This document shows, piece after piece, positions 19,801-29,166 of a DNA stretch of 64,000 bases; the stretch's first letter is position 1, and each line of letters opens with the position of its first letter. The notes below the pieces were generated by a model. The model did not search any database. It worked only from the letters and a program-made list of their open reading frames with translations, and was not told the origin of the DNA. Source of the stretch: Candidatus Woesearchaeota archaeon (GTDB lineage Archaea; Nanobdellota; Nanobdellia; Woesearchaeales; UBA583); assembly GCA_965205335.1 (NCBI GenBank), contig OZ242164.1, positions 864,001 through 928,000 on the forward strand, read 5' to 3'. Both the position numbers and the translations under genes were made by a program.

Positions 19801-21446
19801 TAGAAACAATAAAACATCAATACAACAGTTTAGGAACATACACCGCAACATTTAATGTAACAGATGGAACAGACACAGCATCAGAATCTATTACAATCAC
19901 AGTAACTGATGAGGAAAACTCACGTCCAGTAATTGAAGAATTCACAGCAGATCCAACAGAAGGCTCAGTAGGAGTGGAAGTAACATTTACTACAAGAGTA
20001 TCAGATGTTGATGAAGATAGTTTAAAATGCTCTATTGACTTTGGAGATGGAGTTGCAGAAGATGACACATATTGTGTCTTCTTAGAAACAGTAGAACATC
20101 AATATAACACTGTGGGAACATTCACTGTAAGATTTAGTGTAACAGATGGGACAAACACAGTCTCAGAATCTATTGCAATCAATGTAAGAGAAAACAACGC
20201 ACCTGTTATAAACCGATTTGAAGCAAGCCCTAGCGGAGGACGTTCACCTCTTATTGCTTCATTTTATGTGGACGTAACTGATTCAGATGGAGATAGTGTA
20301 TCATGTAGAATTGATTTTGGAGATGGAACATTATCACATCAGGATGATTGTTACTTATTAAATGGAGTGACTCACCAATACATAGGAATTGGTAAATATA
20401 CTGCAAAATTAGTTGCAGAAGATGAGTTTGGTAAGGAAATTTATGCAACAGAAACAATTAGAGTAATATCTCAAGAACCTTTAGTTGAGTTCTTTACTCT
20501 AAGCACATCAACAGGAAGTTATATCCTTCCAAATGACATAACACTGCAATGGAAAGCAACTCACCCTGATGAAGTGCCAGTTACATGTGACTTAATAGTT
20601 AACGGTGCTAAAACATCTAATGTTGGATGTCAGAACTCAAAAACACTCTCAAACTACAATGTTGAAGGAACTGCAAAATTCGAGATAGTTGTAAGAGATG
20701 GATATGGAAACTCAGATAGCAAGAGCATTGAACAATTATTTGCGAAAGTTCCGTTAACTCATGAAAATTTAGACTTGGAAATTGACTCTGTAATTGAACC
20801 GGGAGATTTCAGATTCTACTTAGAAGTTAGTGACGAGAGTATTGCAAGAAGACAATTGTACTTAGAACCACAAATCAGATGTAATGGAGTTACAAGCCCG
20901 CTATCTAACAGCAGAAAATTAGAAACTTCCGCTAAATCAAGTGTATACATTGGTTCAGTTACAAGATTTGAATTTATAACAAATACACTTGATTACCGTT
21001 CAAATATTCCAAAAGAAACTCAGTGTGTATTCTCTGTAAGAGTTACAGACAAATATGGAACAGACCTTGAGTTAAATGAGGATGTAAGATTTGAATACGG
21101 AGTGGGTCAGACTCAAATCCAATCAATTAGAGGAAGTGGAACTGACATTGCAAATTACATGCAAACAGCTCTTAGTGGCAATATTGAACCAGGATTTAAT
21201 TCAGTAGAGTTCAATTTGATAAATAATGAAGTAGAGGACAAAAGAATTACAGTCTCACTATTGAGCAGAGAACTTGGAATCAATTATGTATTGGATAGAA
21301 GATTAGAACCAGATACATTACTGAGAGTTCAAATTCCAATATACATTTCAGATAATGTAGAATCAGGAATGTATCCTGTTAGAATTAGTTTCACTGATGA
21401 AAACGAAGGAAGACAAACAAGATACACTTACATAAACATTGAATAA
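16896..21446 (+). CDS. Large surface protein with PKD/Ig-like repeats and a carboxypeptidase-regulatory-like domain
   Basis: Signal peptide ..GFAFA; repeated IDFGDG..HQYN..GTYTA.F.VTDG PKD motifs; 1516 aa. Confidence 0.85.
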   Translation: MKKQLLLMLFAILLSLGFAFASETQGEQYHVFQMNFADEVPNSVFVTGGECANTLCSTFKPSSQVEVYNGAQAFECDRLYSNNVNDFKSCMARAKLSSNIHPIQNNGDYVAVKVNIPNNYAFGHLLWFSTEGDTYIPWYAQVTYDCSGGEVCFYPAASSKGNATDINFDKFQRIAIAEVSQVNIKNLDDDTKPIQIEVPVQIEETVCSAYRAANGNYEVPNFPQGYSDLSANTNIKLTIKNNHNSEVLLTEDVNLPIEADTCAALHAFTWTPPEDLLDTEIKFRVETDVVDKQVSESKKDFHEVIETIYPEDLTGQCWSRAYDLVLTNDPYEELSTSIVEITKGEKVYAIFNAGTWKGNEITPLETSWQIKFNSTVVKEGEFQTQTNDVQKITVDLTEAISVVDAGNYRVQLITRASSTQNCDVSVPVVQNVNLDVREIDMFEVEFEVMEEGDQYNKIDGANISLVLTESHEYFASKPEYDKSQTTDTQGKTTFNEATRGEYTYTITKSGFQRVTNNVIVGSDTTVTISLPKNNNAPTIDLPHNRTVDIKSTLELDLEDYVHDFEDAFSDLNLSVRKASGNAQVQIENSKLIVKKNSVGNVDLEVTVTDSQGASASDSMLVSFIDNNAPVINSFVANPTNGDAPFTTTFEIDVHDADGDTLRCTINYDDRSTNKEGNCDEIDGITHTYNTVGTYNVVLTVSDGKNDPVKQTEQVFVFERNYSSPHIGFFTLESSNGDYIPTDLTLVWEVTHPDNLDTKCFLRINGVSESVNCKDTKNINNFDRLGESRFILLADDGEHQVSRKHIKVFYREEDEENTPPVIDEFTVNTTKSTLGMIAQFTTAVSDADGDSLRCSINFGDGVTIQDSECDPLRSVEHQYNGVEDFTAIFSVTDGVDTTSESITVALEEDKVEVNNTPPVIEEFTADPTEGSVGVEVTFTTRVSDVDEDSLKCSIDFGDSVTEDDTYCTFLETIKHQYNSLGTYTATFNVTDGTDTASESITITVTDEENSRPVIEEFTADPTEGSVGVEVTFTTRVSDVDEDSLKCSIDFGDGVAEDDTYCVFLETVEHQYNTVGTFTVRFSVTDGTNTVSESIAINVRENNAPVINRFEASPSGGRSPLIASFYVDVTDSDGDSVSCRIDFGDGTLSHQDDCYLLNGVTHQYIGIGKYTAKLVAEDEFGKEIYATETIRVISQEPLVEFFTLSTSTGSYILPNDITLQWKATHPDEVPVTCDLIVNGAKTSNVGCQNSKTLSNYNVEGTAKFEIVVRDGYGNSDSKSIEQLFAKVPLTHENLDLEIDSVIEPGDFRFYLEVSDESIARRQLYLEPQIRCNGVTSPLSNSRKLETSAKSSVYIGSVTRFEFITNTLDYRSNIPKETQCVFSVRVTDKYGTDLELNEDVRFEYGVGQTQIQSIRGSGTDIANYMQTALSGNIEPGFNSVEFNLINNEVEDKRITVSLLSRELGINYVLDRRLEPDTLLRVQIPIYISDNVESGMYPVRISFTDENEGRQTRYTYINIE
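19350..20180 (+). repeat. Three tandem PKD-domain DNA repeats (units start 19350, 19644, 19926)
   Basis: ccagtaattga(t/a)gaattcacag at each unit; units 2 and 3 nearly identical over most of their length. Confidence 0.85.
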
Positions 21447-21505
21447 TCCTTTCAATTTCATCATTTTCTTTAACAAATACCTCTAAATTCAAGTTAAACT
21501 TTTTT

Positions 21506-22633
21506 TTAATCTAAATCTAACACAATCTCATTATTTTTGTAATTCAATTTAGAAACCACCTTTTTTAACTTCTCATCAGAATTAATCATTTCTTTAACAT
21601 AATCCCACCCTTTTTCTTTCCCAGTTTTACTTATGCGTTCAAGCAATTGCTCAACTAAAGAATAATTCTCATATATCTTATTCCCATACAAATTATATCT
21701 CTCATAATCCCTTAGAACTTCCTCTTTTAATTTTTCCTGTTTAGAAAGCCTATTTTGAAGTTTTTTAAACTCAGTGCTCAATTGCTCCACTTTACTATCT
21801 TTCTGCTCAATATGTTGCTCAAAATAGCCCTTAATTGCATCATTAAAAGAATTAACTCTCTCTAAATTACTCACTGACTTAAATCTAATAGGAAAAAAAT
21901 CTAAAATCATGCCATTCTCCCTTAAAACACATGGTTCTTCCTTAGAACTTAAAACAGAATTAACTGAACTAATCAACTTCTTAACGTCCTTAAACTCACT
22001 GCATAAAACATCCTTATTAACTTCCAACCTAAAACAAACCTCCTCAGAGAATTTCCCACCAAGTCCTAAATTAATTGCTAAAAACTTAACTAAACTCAAA
22101 TCAGAACCTCTCAGTTCATCACTTAATTTCATCTCATCTGTATTCATATAAGAAATATCCTTTTTAGGAGGCAACTTGTAAACATCATGAACCATCACAT
22201 TTCTTGCTTTAAACTTTCTTTTAACCAAAGAATTCAAAATCACATTATCACTATCACAAACTATAATGTTCCCCTTAGCAAAAAGTTCTAAATAAACATA
22301 ATATGTCTCTATCTTTTCCAATCTTTTCTGCTCAAAACTAATCTTAATAATACGTTCATTTGGAATTAAAGAAATCTCTCTAATAAAAGATGATTTCAAA
22401 TACTTACGCAGATAAGACACAAAGGAATCAGGCGTGGAACTATCAACCTTGGAATCACCGAGATAAATATACTTAGAGACTTTATTTATCAAATATCTAT
22501 GCCCAACTCCGCGAACATAAACCCTTATATAGAAAATCCCCTCATCATAATAAAAACTATCCACACGGTTATTCTCAAAGACTTTAAACTCACGAACCAA
22601 ATAAAATAAATCAACTGATGAAATCTGTTTCAT
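21506..22633 (-). CDS. Rqc2/RqcH (NFACT) N-terminal half: NFACT-N, HhH and first coiled coil
   Basis: ISSVDLFYLVRE, FVSYLRKYL, NERII, LELFAKGNIIVCD, LGLGGKFSEEVC. Confidence 0.85.
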   Translation of the reverse strand: MKQISSVDLFYLVREFKVFENNRVDSFYYDEGIFYIRVYVRGVGHRYLINKVSKYIYLGDSKVDSSTPDSFVSYLRKYLKSSFIREISLIPNERIIKISFEQKRLEKIETYYVYLELFAKGNIIVCDSDNVILNSLVKRKFKARNVMVHDVYKLPPKKDISYMNTDEMKLSDELRGSDLSLVKFLAINLGLGGKFSEEVCFRLEVNKDVLCSEFKDVKKLISSVNSVLSSKEEPCVLRENGMILDFFPIRFKSVSNLERVNSFNDAIKGYFEQHIEQKDSKVEQLSTEFKKLQNRLSKQEKLKEEVLRDYERYNLYGNKIYENYSLVEQLLERISKTGKEKGWDYVKEMINSDEKLKKVVSKLNYKNNEIVLDLD

Positions 22634-22797
22634 TTGTCCTCTAAACTTCGGAATTGTTCCCCTCTTTCATTTTATCTTCCTTTTCAATCTCCCCAATTAT
22701 CATAACTTAGCCACAGTTTAACCTTATATAAAAGTTTGTTTTAAGAACAAAAAAATCAAATGTTAATATTTATAAATTCCCCATTCCAGATAAAAAT

Positions 22798-24048
22798 ATG
22801 AAAGATTTTGAAATACTCAAAGGAACAAAGGATTCCTCATTTAGTGAACAGATTAAAATCAACGAGATATTACAGACAATAAGAACCAATTTTGAAAAAT
22901 ATGGATTTAGACCCTTTGATACTCCAAGCATTGAATATATGGATACTCTAATGAATAAATACAAAGAAGACGATGAAATTGTTCAGGAGATATTTAAAGT
23001 AAAAGATAGAGGAGATAGGGATTTAGGTTTAAGATATGATTTAACTGTTCCTCTATGCCGTTATATTGCATCTTCAAAACAGCCCAAACTTCCATTTAAA
23101 AGATATGCAATTGGAAATGTGTTTCGAGATGGTCCTATTAAATCAGGTAGATTAAGAGAATTTACCCAGTGCGATGCAGATATTATAGGTATAAAGGATA
23201 TTTGCGCAGAAGCTGAAACTCTTAAAATGTTTTATGATACATATAAAGAAATTGGAATTGATGCAGTAATTGAACTAAACAATAATAAAATCTTAAGAGG
23301 GGCTTTATTACAGGAGGGATTTAAAGAAGAGGAATTGCAGGGATTAATCTTAAGCATTGACAAATTGAAAAAAATAGGCGAAAGAGGAATTCTTGATGAA
23401 ATCAAACAAAGAAATTTAGATGAGAACAAAGTTAAATCAGCCATTTTCACCCTATCATTAAAAACATTTGAAGAACTTGACAAGAAAGCATCCAATAACG
23501 AACTAAATGAAGGAATATCCCAATTAAAAGAACTAGTTAAATATCTTGATAATTTGAAAGTTAAATACAGACTTAATTTCTCAATGTCAAGAGGGCTTGC
23601 AATTTATACTGGTAATATTTGGGAAGCATACGACACTAAAAAAAGAATTGAATCTTCAATTGGTTCTGGTGGGAGATATGATAAGATAATTGGGGATTAT
23701 ATACAAGATGGGCGGGAGTATTCTGCATTTGGAGTTTCATTTGGTTTGGCTCCTATTCTAAAATGCATTAAATCAGAAGACAATAAAATTAGTAATACAG
23801 AGATTTTAGTTGCTCCGTTAAATTCAAATGAAAAATTGATAAACACTGCATTAAACTTAGCTCAAAATCTAAGAGGAAAGGGTAAAAACACAGAAATATG
23901 TTATGATTTCAAGTTAAAAAAAGCATTTGATTATGCGGATTACATAGGAGCAAAAGAGCTTGCAATAATTGGCAGAAAGGACTTAGAGAAAGAAGTTTAC
24001 ACATTAAAAAATCTTAGTACAAAAGAAGAAAAAGAAGTTAAATTATAA
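22798..24048 (+). CDS. hisS: Histidine--tRNA ligase
   Basis: LRYDLTVP, GRLREFTQCDAD, GSGGRYD, anticodon-binding C-terminal domain. Confidence 0.97.
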   Translation: MKDFEILKGTKDSSFSEQIKINEILQTIRTNFEKYGFRPFDTPSIEYMDTLMNKYKEDDEIVQEIFKVKDRGDRDLGLRYDLTVPLCRYIASSKQPKLPFKRYAIGNVFRDGPIKSGRLREFTQCDADIIGIKDICAEAETLKMFYDTYKEIGIDAVIELNNNKILRGALLQEGFKEEELQGLILSIDKLKKIGERGILDEIKQRNLDENKVKSAIFTLSLKTFEELDKKASNNELNEGISQLKELVKYLDNLKVKYRLNFSMSRGLAIYTGNIWEAYDTKKRIESSIGSGGRYDKIIGDYIQDGREYSAFGVSFGLAPILKCIKSEDNKISNTEILVAPLNSNEKLINTALNLAQNLRGKGKNTEICYDFKLKKAFDYADYIGAKELAIIGRKDLEKEVYTLKNLSTKEEKEVKL

Positions 24049-24159
24049 TCATTATTTTCTAAAGTTAATTGTGTTTTTCTTGGCTTTAGATGTTCATTTT
24101 CGTCCGATTAATTTATAAATAAGAAAGCATTTACTTAGAATAGTAACAAGTAGATACTA

Positions 24160-26475
24160 TTGAAAGTGACAAATCAAGACAATTCTAGAGAAGAAGGACA
24201 AGAGAATTTAGAAGAGAAAATAGGGCTCTTTGGTAAATTCAGAGGACGAGGGAAGAAGAAAAAAGCAATAGTTGATGTGAGTTTTATGTCTTTACCAGGT
24301 CATAAAATTAATCTCAATGAAGGAGGAGGTGTTGATATTAATTCTGAAGAAGGTAAGGGTGTATCTTTGAAAATTCACAAAGAGAGGGGAAAGACTAGTA
24401 TTAATCCTACAGATGATCCGAACATTGCACATGTAAATTCTGATAGAGAGACTATTTTTGAGTCTTCTTTCCCTGGCATGGATGTTTTTGTTGGTAAAGG
24501 AGGGAATCGTTTTAAACCTATTGATGATAGAAATATTTCTTTTAACCTATTAGACAGGATGTTTTTGAATTTTGGTGGTAATATGAAAAATTATTTTCTT
24601 GCTAGACCTACATCCAGAAAAGGTATAAATTATATCATTAATGGTGTGATTGGGGTGGTTGAAGCTATCATTCCAAGAGGTGGAGGATTGCTTACTAAGT
24701 ATGGTGAGAAGGATACTAAATTAGTTCCTGTCTCCGAGTCAGGTACATCTGTTGAAGTAGGTAAGGAAGTTAAGGTGGTTGTTCCAAAAGATAGAGGATT
24801 GCTTACTAAGTATAGTGAGAAGGATACTAAATTAGTTCCTGTCTCCGAGCCAGGTACATCTGTTGAAGTAGGTAGGAAAGTTAAGGTGGTTACTCCAAAA
24901 AGAAAAAATTTATCTGCGAAATTTGGAGGAGATGGTACTGATACAATAAGTCCCACAGATAATTCTGTTCCAGTTGTTAATGCAGGTAGAGAATTTGAAG
25001 CTAGAACTTTAGAGGAGGAGATATTATCAGTGGAACTTGGCAGGAATTGGGCTATATTTAGACCTAAAGGCAAAGGGGATGATAACCCATCTGTAACTTT
25101 GCATGATAAGATAGAAGTTACGCCTCTGAAAAGTAGAGGTATAATTTGGAATGTGATAAAGAAAGGAAGATCAGCGGTGGTGACCGCTGAACCTATAAAA
25201 AAGGGAGGAAAATTTCTTAGAATGCCCAATGGAATACTTAATCTTAATAATTTTAAATATAAGTTGAGTGATGGGGGAATATTTGATTTTAATAAAGAAA
25301 AATGGAAGAAAAGATGGGTTAAAGGACTTTCTTTGATGGTATTAGGTAGCGCATTAGCAGGCGGAGTATTAAAATATCAATACCTAATGAATAATAATGA
25401 AGGGAGTTCTCCACAACAACCTCGTTCCAAGCGATTTGATAGTATACCAGAATTAGTAGAGGCAAATGGTATTTATATTTATCATAAGGGTGCTTTTGAT
25501 AGATGGACAGATGTCTGGTATGATATTAATACATCGCAAGGATTGTGTGAAAAAGATACTTATGTAACAGATAGAGTAAAAAGCAGACATCTTCTAGTAA
25601 GACTTGATGGGCGTGTCCCAAGGATTGTAAATACAAATGGGAACAATCAGAAAGAGAAAAAAAACCGAGGAAGAATGGTAGTTTCTCGTGAGATTCTAAT
25701 GAATTATGATTTGAGAATAGGTCATGGAGGAGATTTTGTTCTCCCTATAAGAAAAGGTGAACAAGGATATCCTTTTGCATTATATTGTAATGGAAGTAAA
25801 ATGGGAAAAGCAGTTGAGAGGTATCTTTCAGGAACGATACCACCTAATCAATGGTGGAAGGGGGCAGGATTGAAGAACAAGGAACTTAAATATGGTTCAG
25901 CATTTGAAGGAATTTTTAAAGATTTTAAAGATAATGAGGGAAATCCTACACTGCCCCAAGAACTTACACACTTACTTAAAGCACAAGCACTTGTTGAGAG
26001 TAGATTTATACCAGAGTCTATATCTCCTTCTGGTGCGAGGGGAATTCTGCAATTATTAAGAGGTACTCTTAGTCATTATGGTGTCAAGAGAGAGAATGAT
26101 TTTAAAATCCCTTATCAAATCAGATGTGCTTATGCACACTATGAAGATAAAATTAAGGAATTCAAACGATCATTGGGAGATATAAGAGCATCTGATGAAG
26201 ACAAAGCAAAACTTGCACTTTATTTAGCGATGCAGGCATATCATAGTGGGGAAGGTAATGTAAGTGGGATATTAAAAAAACCAGAATCAAAAGGAATCTT
26301 AGAAAAACTATTATCTGAAAACAGAAGTCCTCAAGAAGTAGTGCATGGATTGATAATATCAAATTATGGATTTGGAAAAATTTCTAATCGCAAAATAGGA
26401 GAAGAGTCCATAAATTACTTACCAAAGATCTTTGCCGCAGAAAGATTTCTATCAGAGAATGAATTGAGAAAGTAG
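24160..26475 (+). CDS. Membrane-anchored lytic transglycosylase (SLT family) with long N-terminal extension
   Basis: Catalytic ALVES, SGARGILQL, QAYHSGEGN, NYLPKI; TM GLSLMVLGSALAGGVL near aa 390. Confidence 0.85.
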   Translation: MKVTNQDNSREEGQENLEEKIGLFGKFRGRGKKKKAIVDVSFMSLPGHKINLNEGGGVDINSEEGKGVSLKIHKERGKTSINPTDDPNIAHVNSDRETIFESSFPGMDVFVGKGGNRFKPIDDRNISFNLLDRMFLNFGGNMKNYFLARPTSRKGINYIINGVIGVVEAIIPRGGGLLTKYGEKDTKLVPVSESGTSVEVGKEVKVVVPKDRGLLTKYSEKDTKLVPVSEPGTSVEVGRKVKVVTPKRKNLSAKFGGDGTDTISPTDNSVPVVNAGREFEARTLEEEILSVELGRNWAIFRPKGKGDDNPSVTLHDKIEVTPLKSRGIIWNVIKKGRSAVVTAEPIKKGGKFLRMPNGILNLNNFKYKLSDGGIFDFNKEKWKKRWVKGLSLMVLGSALAGGVLKYQYLMNNNEGSSPQQPRSKRFDSIPELVEANGIYIYHKGAFDRWTDVWYDINTSQGLCEKDTYVTDRVKSRHLLVRLDGRVPRIVNTNGNNQKEKKNRGRMVVSREILMNYDLRIGHGGDFVLPIRKGEQGYPFALYCNGSKMGKAVERYLSGTIPPNQWWKGAGLKNKELKYGSAFEGIFKDFKDNEGNPTLPQELTHLLKAQALVESRFIPESISPSGARGILQLLRGTLSHYGVKRENDFKIPYQIRCAYAHYEDKIKEFKRSLGDIRASDEDKAKLALYLAMQAYHSGEGNVSGILKKPESKGILEKLLSENRSPQEVVHGLIISNYGFGKISNRKIGEESINYLPKIFAAERFLSENELRK
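24671..24892 (+). repeat. 111-bp imperfect tandem duplication (37 aa) in the SLT N-terminal extension
   Basis: GLLTKY(G/S)EKDTKLVPVSE(S/P)GTSVEVG x2. Confidence 0.9.
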
Positions 26476-26484
26476 TTAATAAAA

Positions 26485-27747
26485 ATGGATAATAAAAACC
26501 TTTACAGTAAAATAAAAAAATATGGAGCTTCGGCAGGACTGCTGTTTGGGCTCTTTTTAGGAGGTTGTGATTACAATTTTCATGATAAAAATAACTCTTC
26601 AGATGCTCAAACTAATAAAGTTACAAAAACCCTTCCTTTAGAGTATTCCAAAAGACATCCATCAATACAAGCCTTAATTAAAGATAGAGGTGTTGAATAC
26701 TACCCTCCTAGTTCTTTTCAAACATGGACTCATTCATTAGTTGATATTTGTACAGGCACAGGTATTTGCTCAAAAGACGAATATAAGAGGCAAAGGTACA
26801 GACGAGTTTTTATAAGACTTGATGGAAAACTTGCAGGAACTGTAAATAGTAATACATTACCAGCAAGTATTAGAGGAGGTCAGCCCAGACGATTTAATGA
26901 AACAGAATGGAAACAAGTTGACGTGAGAATTAAAAGTGGACATGATTATGTTATTCCTTTTAATCAAGGTGATAAAGGATATCCATTTGGATTTAAATGT
27001 AATGGAAACATATTAAGAATCGGAATTGAGAGATACCTAAGGGGAGATATTAGAGGAGAGTATGGAGAATATGGGGAATATAATGTAGATTTTTACGAAG
27101 CATCATGGGGTGTTTATGTTGAAAATGGATTTCGGAAAAGAGGGATATTGCCAGAAGAGATATTTTATATAGTTAATGGTATGGCAAATGTTGAGAGTAA
27201 TTTCCTAAGAAGTGCAGAAAATAGTTCAACGGGTGCAAGGGGAATACTTCAACAGATGCCCAAAACTCTTCAAGATTGTGGAGTTCCTCAAAGTATGCAT
27301 AAAGATAGACTTGCTCAACTTGATTGTGCTTATAGATATTTTGAAGATAGATTTTCTCATTATGAACCACTAATAAATAATATAAAGATTAGTTCAGAAC
27401 AAAGAAATGAATTCTTGCTTTATCTGGCTGTTCAGGCTTATCATACAGGACAAGGTAATATAGAAAAAATATTAAAAGACCCAGAATCAATTAAAATTGC
27501 AAATAGATTTGTAGAAGAAGGAAGAGACCCTATTGAAATAGTACATGGGTTAACGATATTAAATTATGGACTTGGAAATAATGGGACTAAGGTAGGATTA
27601 GTATCTAGTTCTTATCTTCCCAAAGTAATAGCATCAGTTAGAATCTTAGAAGAAGTTAGACGAAAAAGAAGAAAAGAAGGGAATAGGATTAAAGGATATT
27701 CACTCCCTCCTCTACTCTTTCCTGAAGAAGAGGAAGGTAATAAATAA
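26485..27747 (+). CDS. Lipoprotein-like lytic transglycosylase (SLT family), paralog of the upstream gene
   Basis: Lipobox-like LFLGG|C; ANVES, TGARGILQQ, QAYHTGQGN, SYLPKV. Confidence 0.85.
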   Translation: MDNKNLYSKIKKYGASAGLLFGLFLGGCDYNFHDKNNSSDAQTNKVTKTLPLEYSKRHPSIQALIKDRGVEYYPPSSFQTWTHSLVDICTGTGICSKDEYKRQRYRRVFIRLDGKLAGTVNSNTLPASIRGGQPRRFNETEWKQVDVRIKSGHDYVIPFNQGDKGYPFGFKCNGNILRIGIERYLRGDIRGEYGEYGEYNVDFYEASWGVYVENGFRKRGILPEEIFYIVNGMANVESNFLRSAENSSTGARGILQQMPKTLQDCGVPQSMHKDRLAQLDCAYRYFEDRFSHYEPLINNIKISSEQRNEFLLYLAVQAYHTGQGNIEKILKDPESIKIANRFVEEGRDPIEIVHGLTILNYGLGNNGTKVGLVSSSYLPKVIASVRILEEVRRKRRKEGNRIKGYSLPPLLFPEEEEGNK

Positions 27748-27760
27748 TCATAACTAACCC

Positions 27761-27888
27761 GGCTCTGTCCGGAAATTGCTTTTTCCAAAATCTATGCTAA
27801 CTATATTCAATCAAAGAAAAAAATTATTCGTCAAAAGTTGCTTTATTGATACAATATTTTAAGTTCTCTTGAATTTCCGGACAGAGCC
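27761..27888. mobile_element. 128-bp MITE with IS5-type ends
   Basis: 17-bp TIR GGCTCTGTCCGGAAATT/AATTTCCGGACAGAGCC; 8-bp TSD ACTAACCC (27753-27760, 27889-27896). Confidence 0.92.
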
Positions 27889-27931
27889 ACTAACCCAAAA
27901 CTTTTATATAAGAACTTGAATTTATTTTTTT

Positions 27932-29146
27932 ATGTCATCAGATAACCTTCCAGTTCAACCGACAATTAATATGGGAATTGTTGGACATGTAGACCATGGA
28001 AAAACAACATTAACTAAACTTCTCTCGGGAAAATGGACTGATACGCACTCAGAAGAAATCAAAAGAGGAATTACAATAAAATTAGGATATACTAACTTTA
28101 CAATATATGAAAACTCAGATACATATTCAACAAAAAAAGAAGAGGGAGTACCTGTCAGGAAAATCTCAATAGTAGATGCCCCAGGTCACGAATCATTTAT
28201 GGCTACAATGATTTCAGGAGCCGCTGTTATGGATTGCGCCTTATTAGTCATTGCCGCAAACGAAAAATGTCCTCAGGCTCAAACAATTGAACACCTCAAA
28301 ACACTTGAAATCGCAGATGCAAAAAACATAATCATTGTCCAGAATAAAATAGATTTAGTTACAAAAGAAGAAGCCCTTGAAAATTTCAGGCAAATTAAAG
28401 CCTTTCTTAAAGGGACAATGGTGGAAAATGCTCCCATAATCCCAATCTCAGCCCAGCACGGAGCTAACCTATCAAACCTATTAAAATACATCTACAAAAC
28501 ATTTGAAAACCCAATCAGGGACACATCAGGAAATCCGAATATGAATATAATACGTTCATTTGACATTAACAAACCTGGAGAATCATATAAAAACCTAAAG
28601 GGGGGAATTCTTGGTGGAGCGATTAAATCAGGAACACTAAAAGTAGGAGATGAACTTGAAATAAAACCGGGACTTCAAAAATCAAAAGAAGGAAGAGTAA
28701 TCTGCACTCCAATAATTGCAAAAGTTGAGGACTTAATGTCAGACAAAGATAAACTAGAAAATGCAATCCCAGGAGGTTCCATCGCAATTATGACGGAATT
28801 AGACCCATACATAACCAAAACAGATTCATTAGTTGGTCAAATTGTAGGAATTAAAGACACTCTGCCTGAACCCTTATCTGAATTAACATTTGAACTGCAT
28901 ATGTTTGATAAAATAACCACATCCTCAGGAGAACACCCAGTTAAACCAATAATATTAGGAGAACCGTTAATGCTAATTGTTAATTCAATGACAACAGTTG
29001 GAGTTACCATTAAAGTAAACCCAAAAGAAGCATCAGTTAAATTAAAAAGACCGATTATGGCATTTGGGAATGATAGAGTAGTTATTTTCAGAAGATTTGA
29101 AGGAAACAAATGGAAAATAATGGGCTATGGAATAATTAAGAGTTAA
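27932..29146 (+). CDS. eif2g: Translation initiation factor 2 subunit gamma
   Basis: GHVDHGKTT, RGITIKLGY, DAPGHE, QNKID, RSFDINKPG. Confidence 0.97.
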   Translation: MSSDNLPVQPTINMGIVGHVDHGKTTLTKLLSGKWTDTHSEEIKRGITIKLGYTNFTIYENSDTYSTKKEEGVPVRKISIVDAPGHESFMATMISGAAVMDCALLVIAANEKCPQAQTIEHLKTLEIADAKNIIIVQNKIDLVTKEEALENFRQIKAFLKGTMVENAPIIPISAQHGANLSNLLKYIYKTFENPIRDTSGNPNMNIIRSFDINKPGESYKNLKGGILGGAIKSGTLKVGDELEIKPGLQKSKEGRVICTPIIAKVEDLMSDKDKLENAIPGGSIAIMTELDPYITKTDSLVGQIVGIKDTLPEPLSELTFELHMFDKITTSSGEHPVKPIILGEPLMLIVNSMTTVGVTIKVNPKEASVKLKRPIMAFGNDRVVIFRRFEGNKWKIMGYGIIKS

Positions 29147-29166
29147 ATGTATCTTCAGTCACAAAA

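Noticed and set aside
13785-24220. Recurrent (N/D)LEEK-like motif near termini of orphan proteins as an export signal
   Set aside because: Too short and common in Glu/Lys/Leu-rich proteins to support without statistics.
24160-27747. SLT genes as a prophage lysis or tail module
   Set aside because: No capsid, terminase, integrase or holin genes nearby; flanked by hisS and eif2g.
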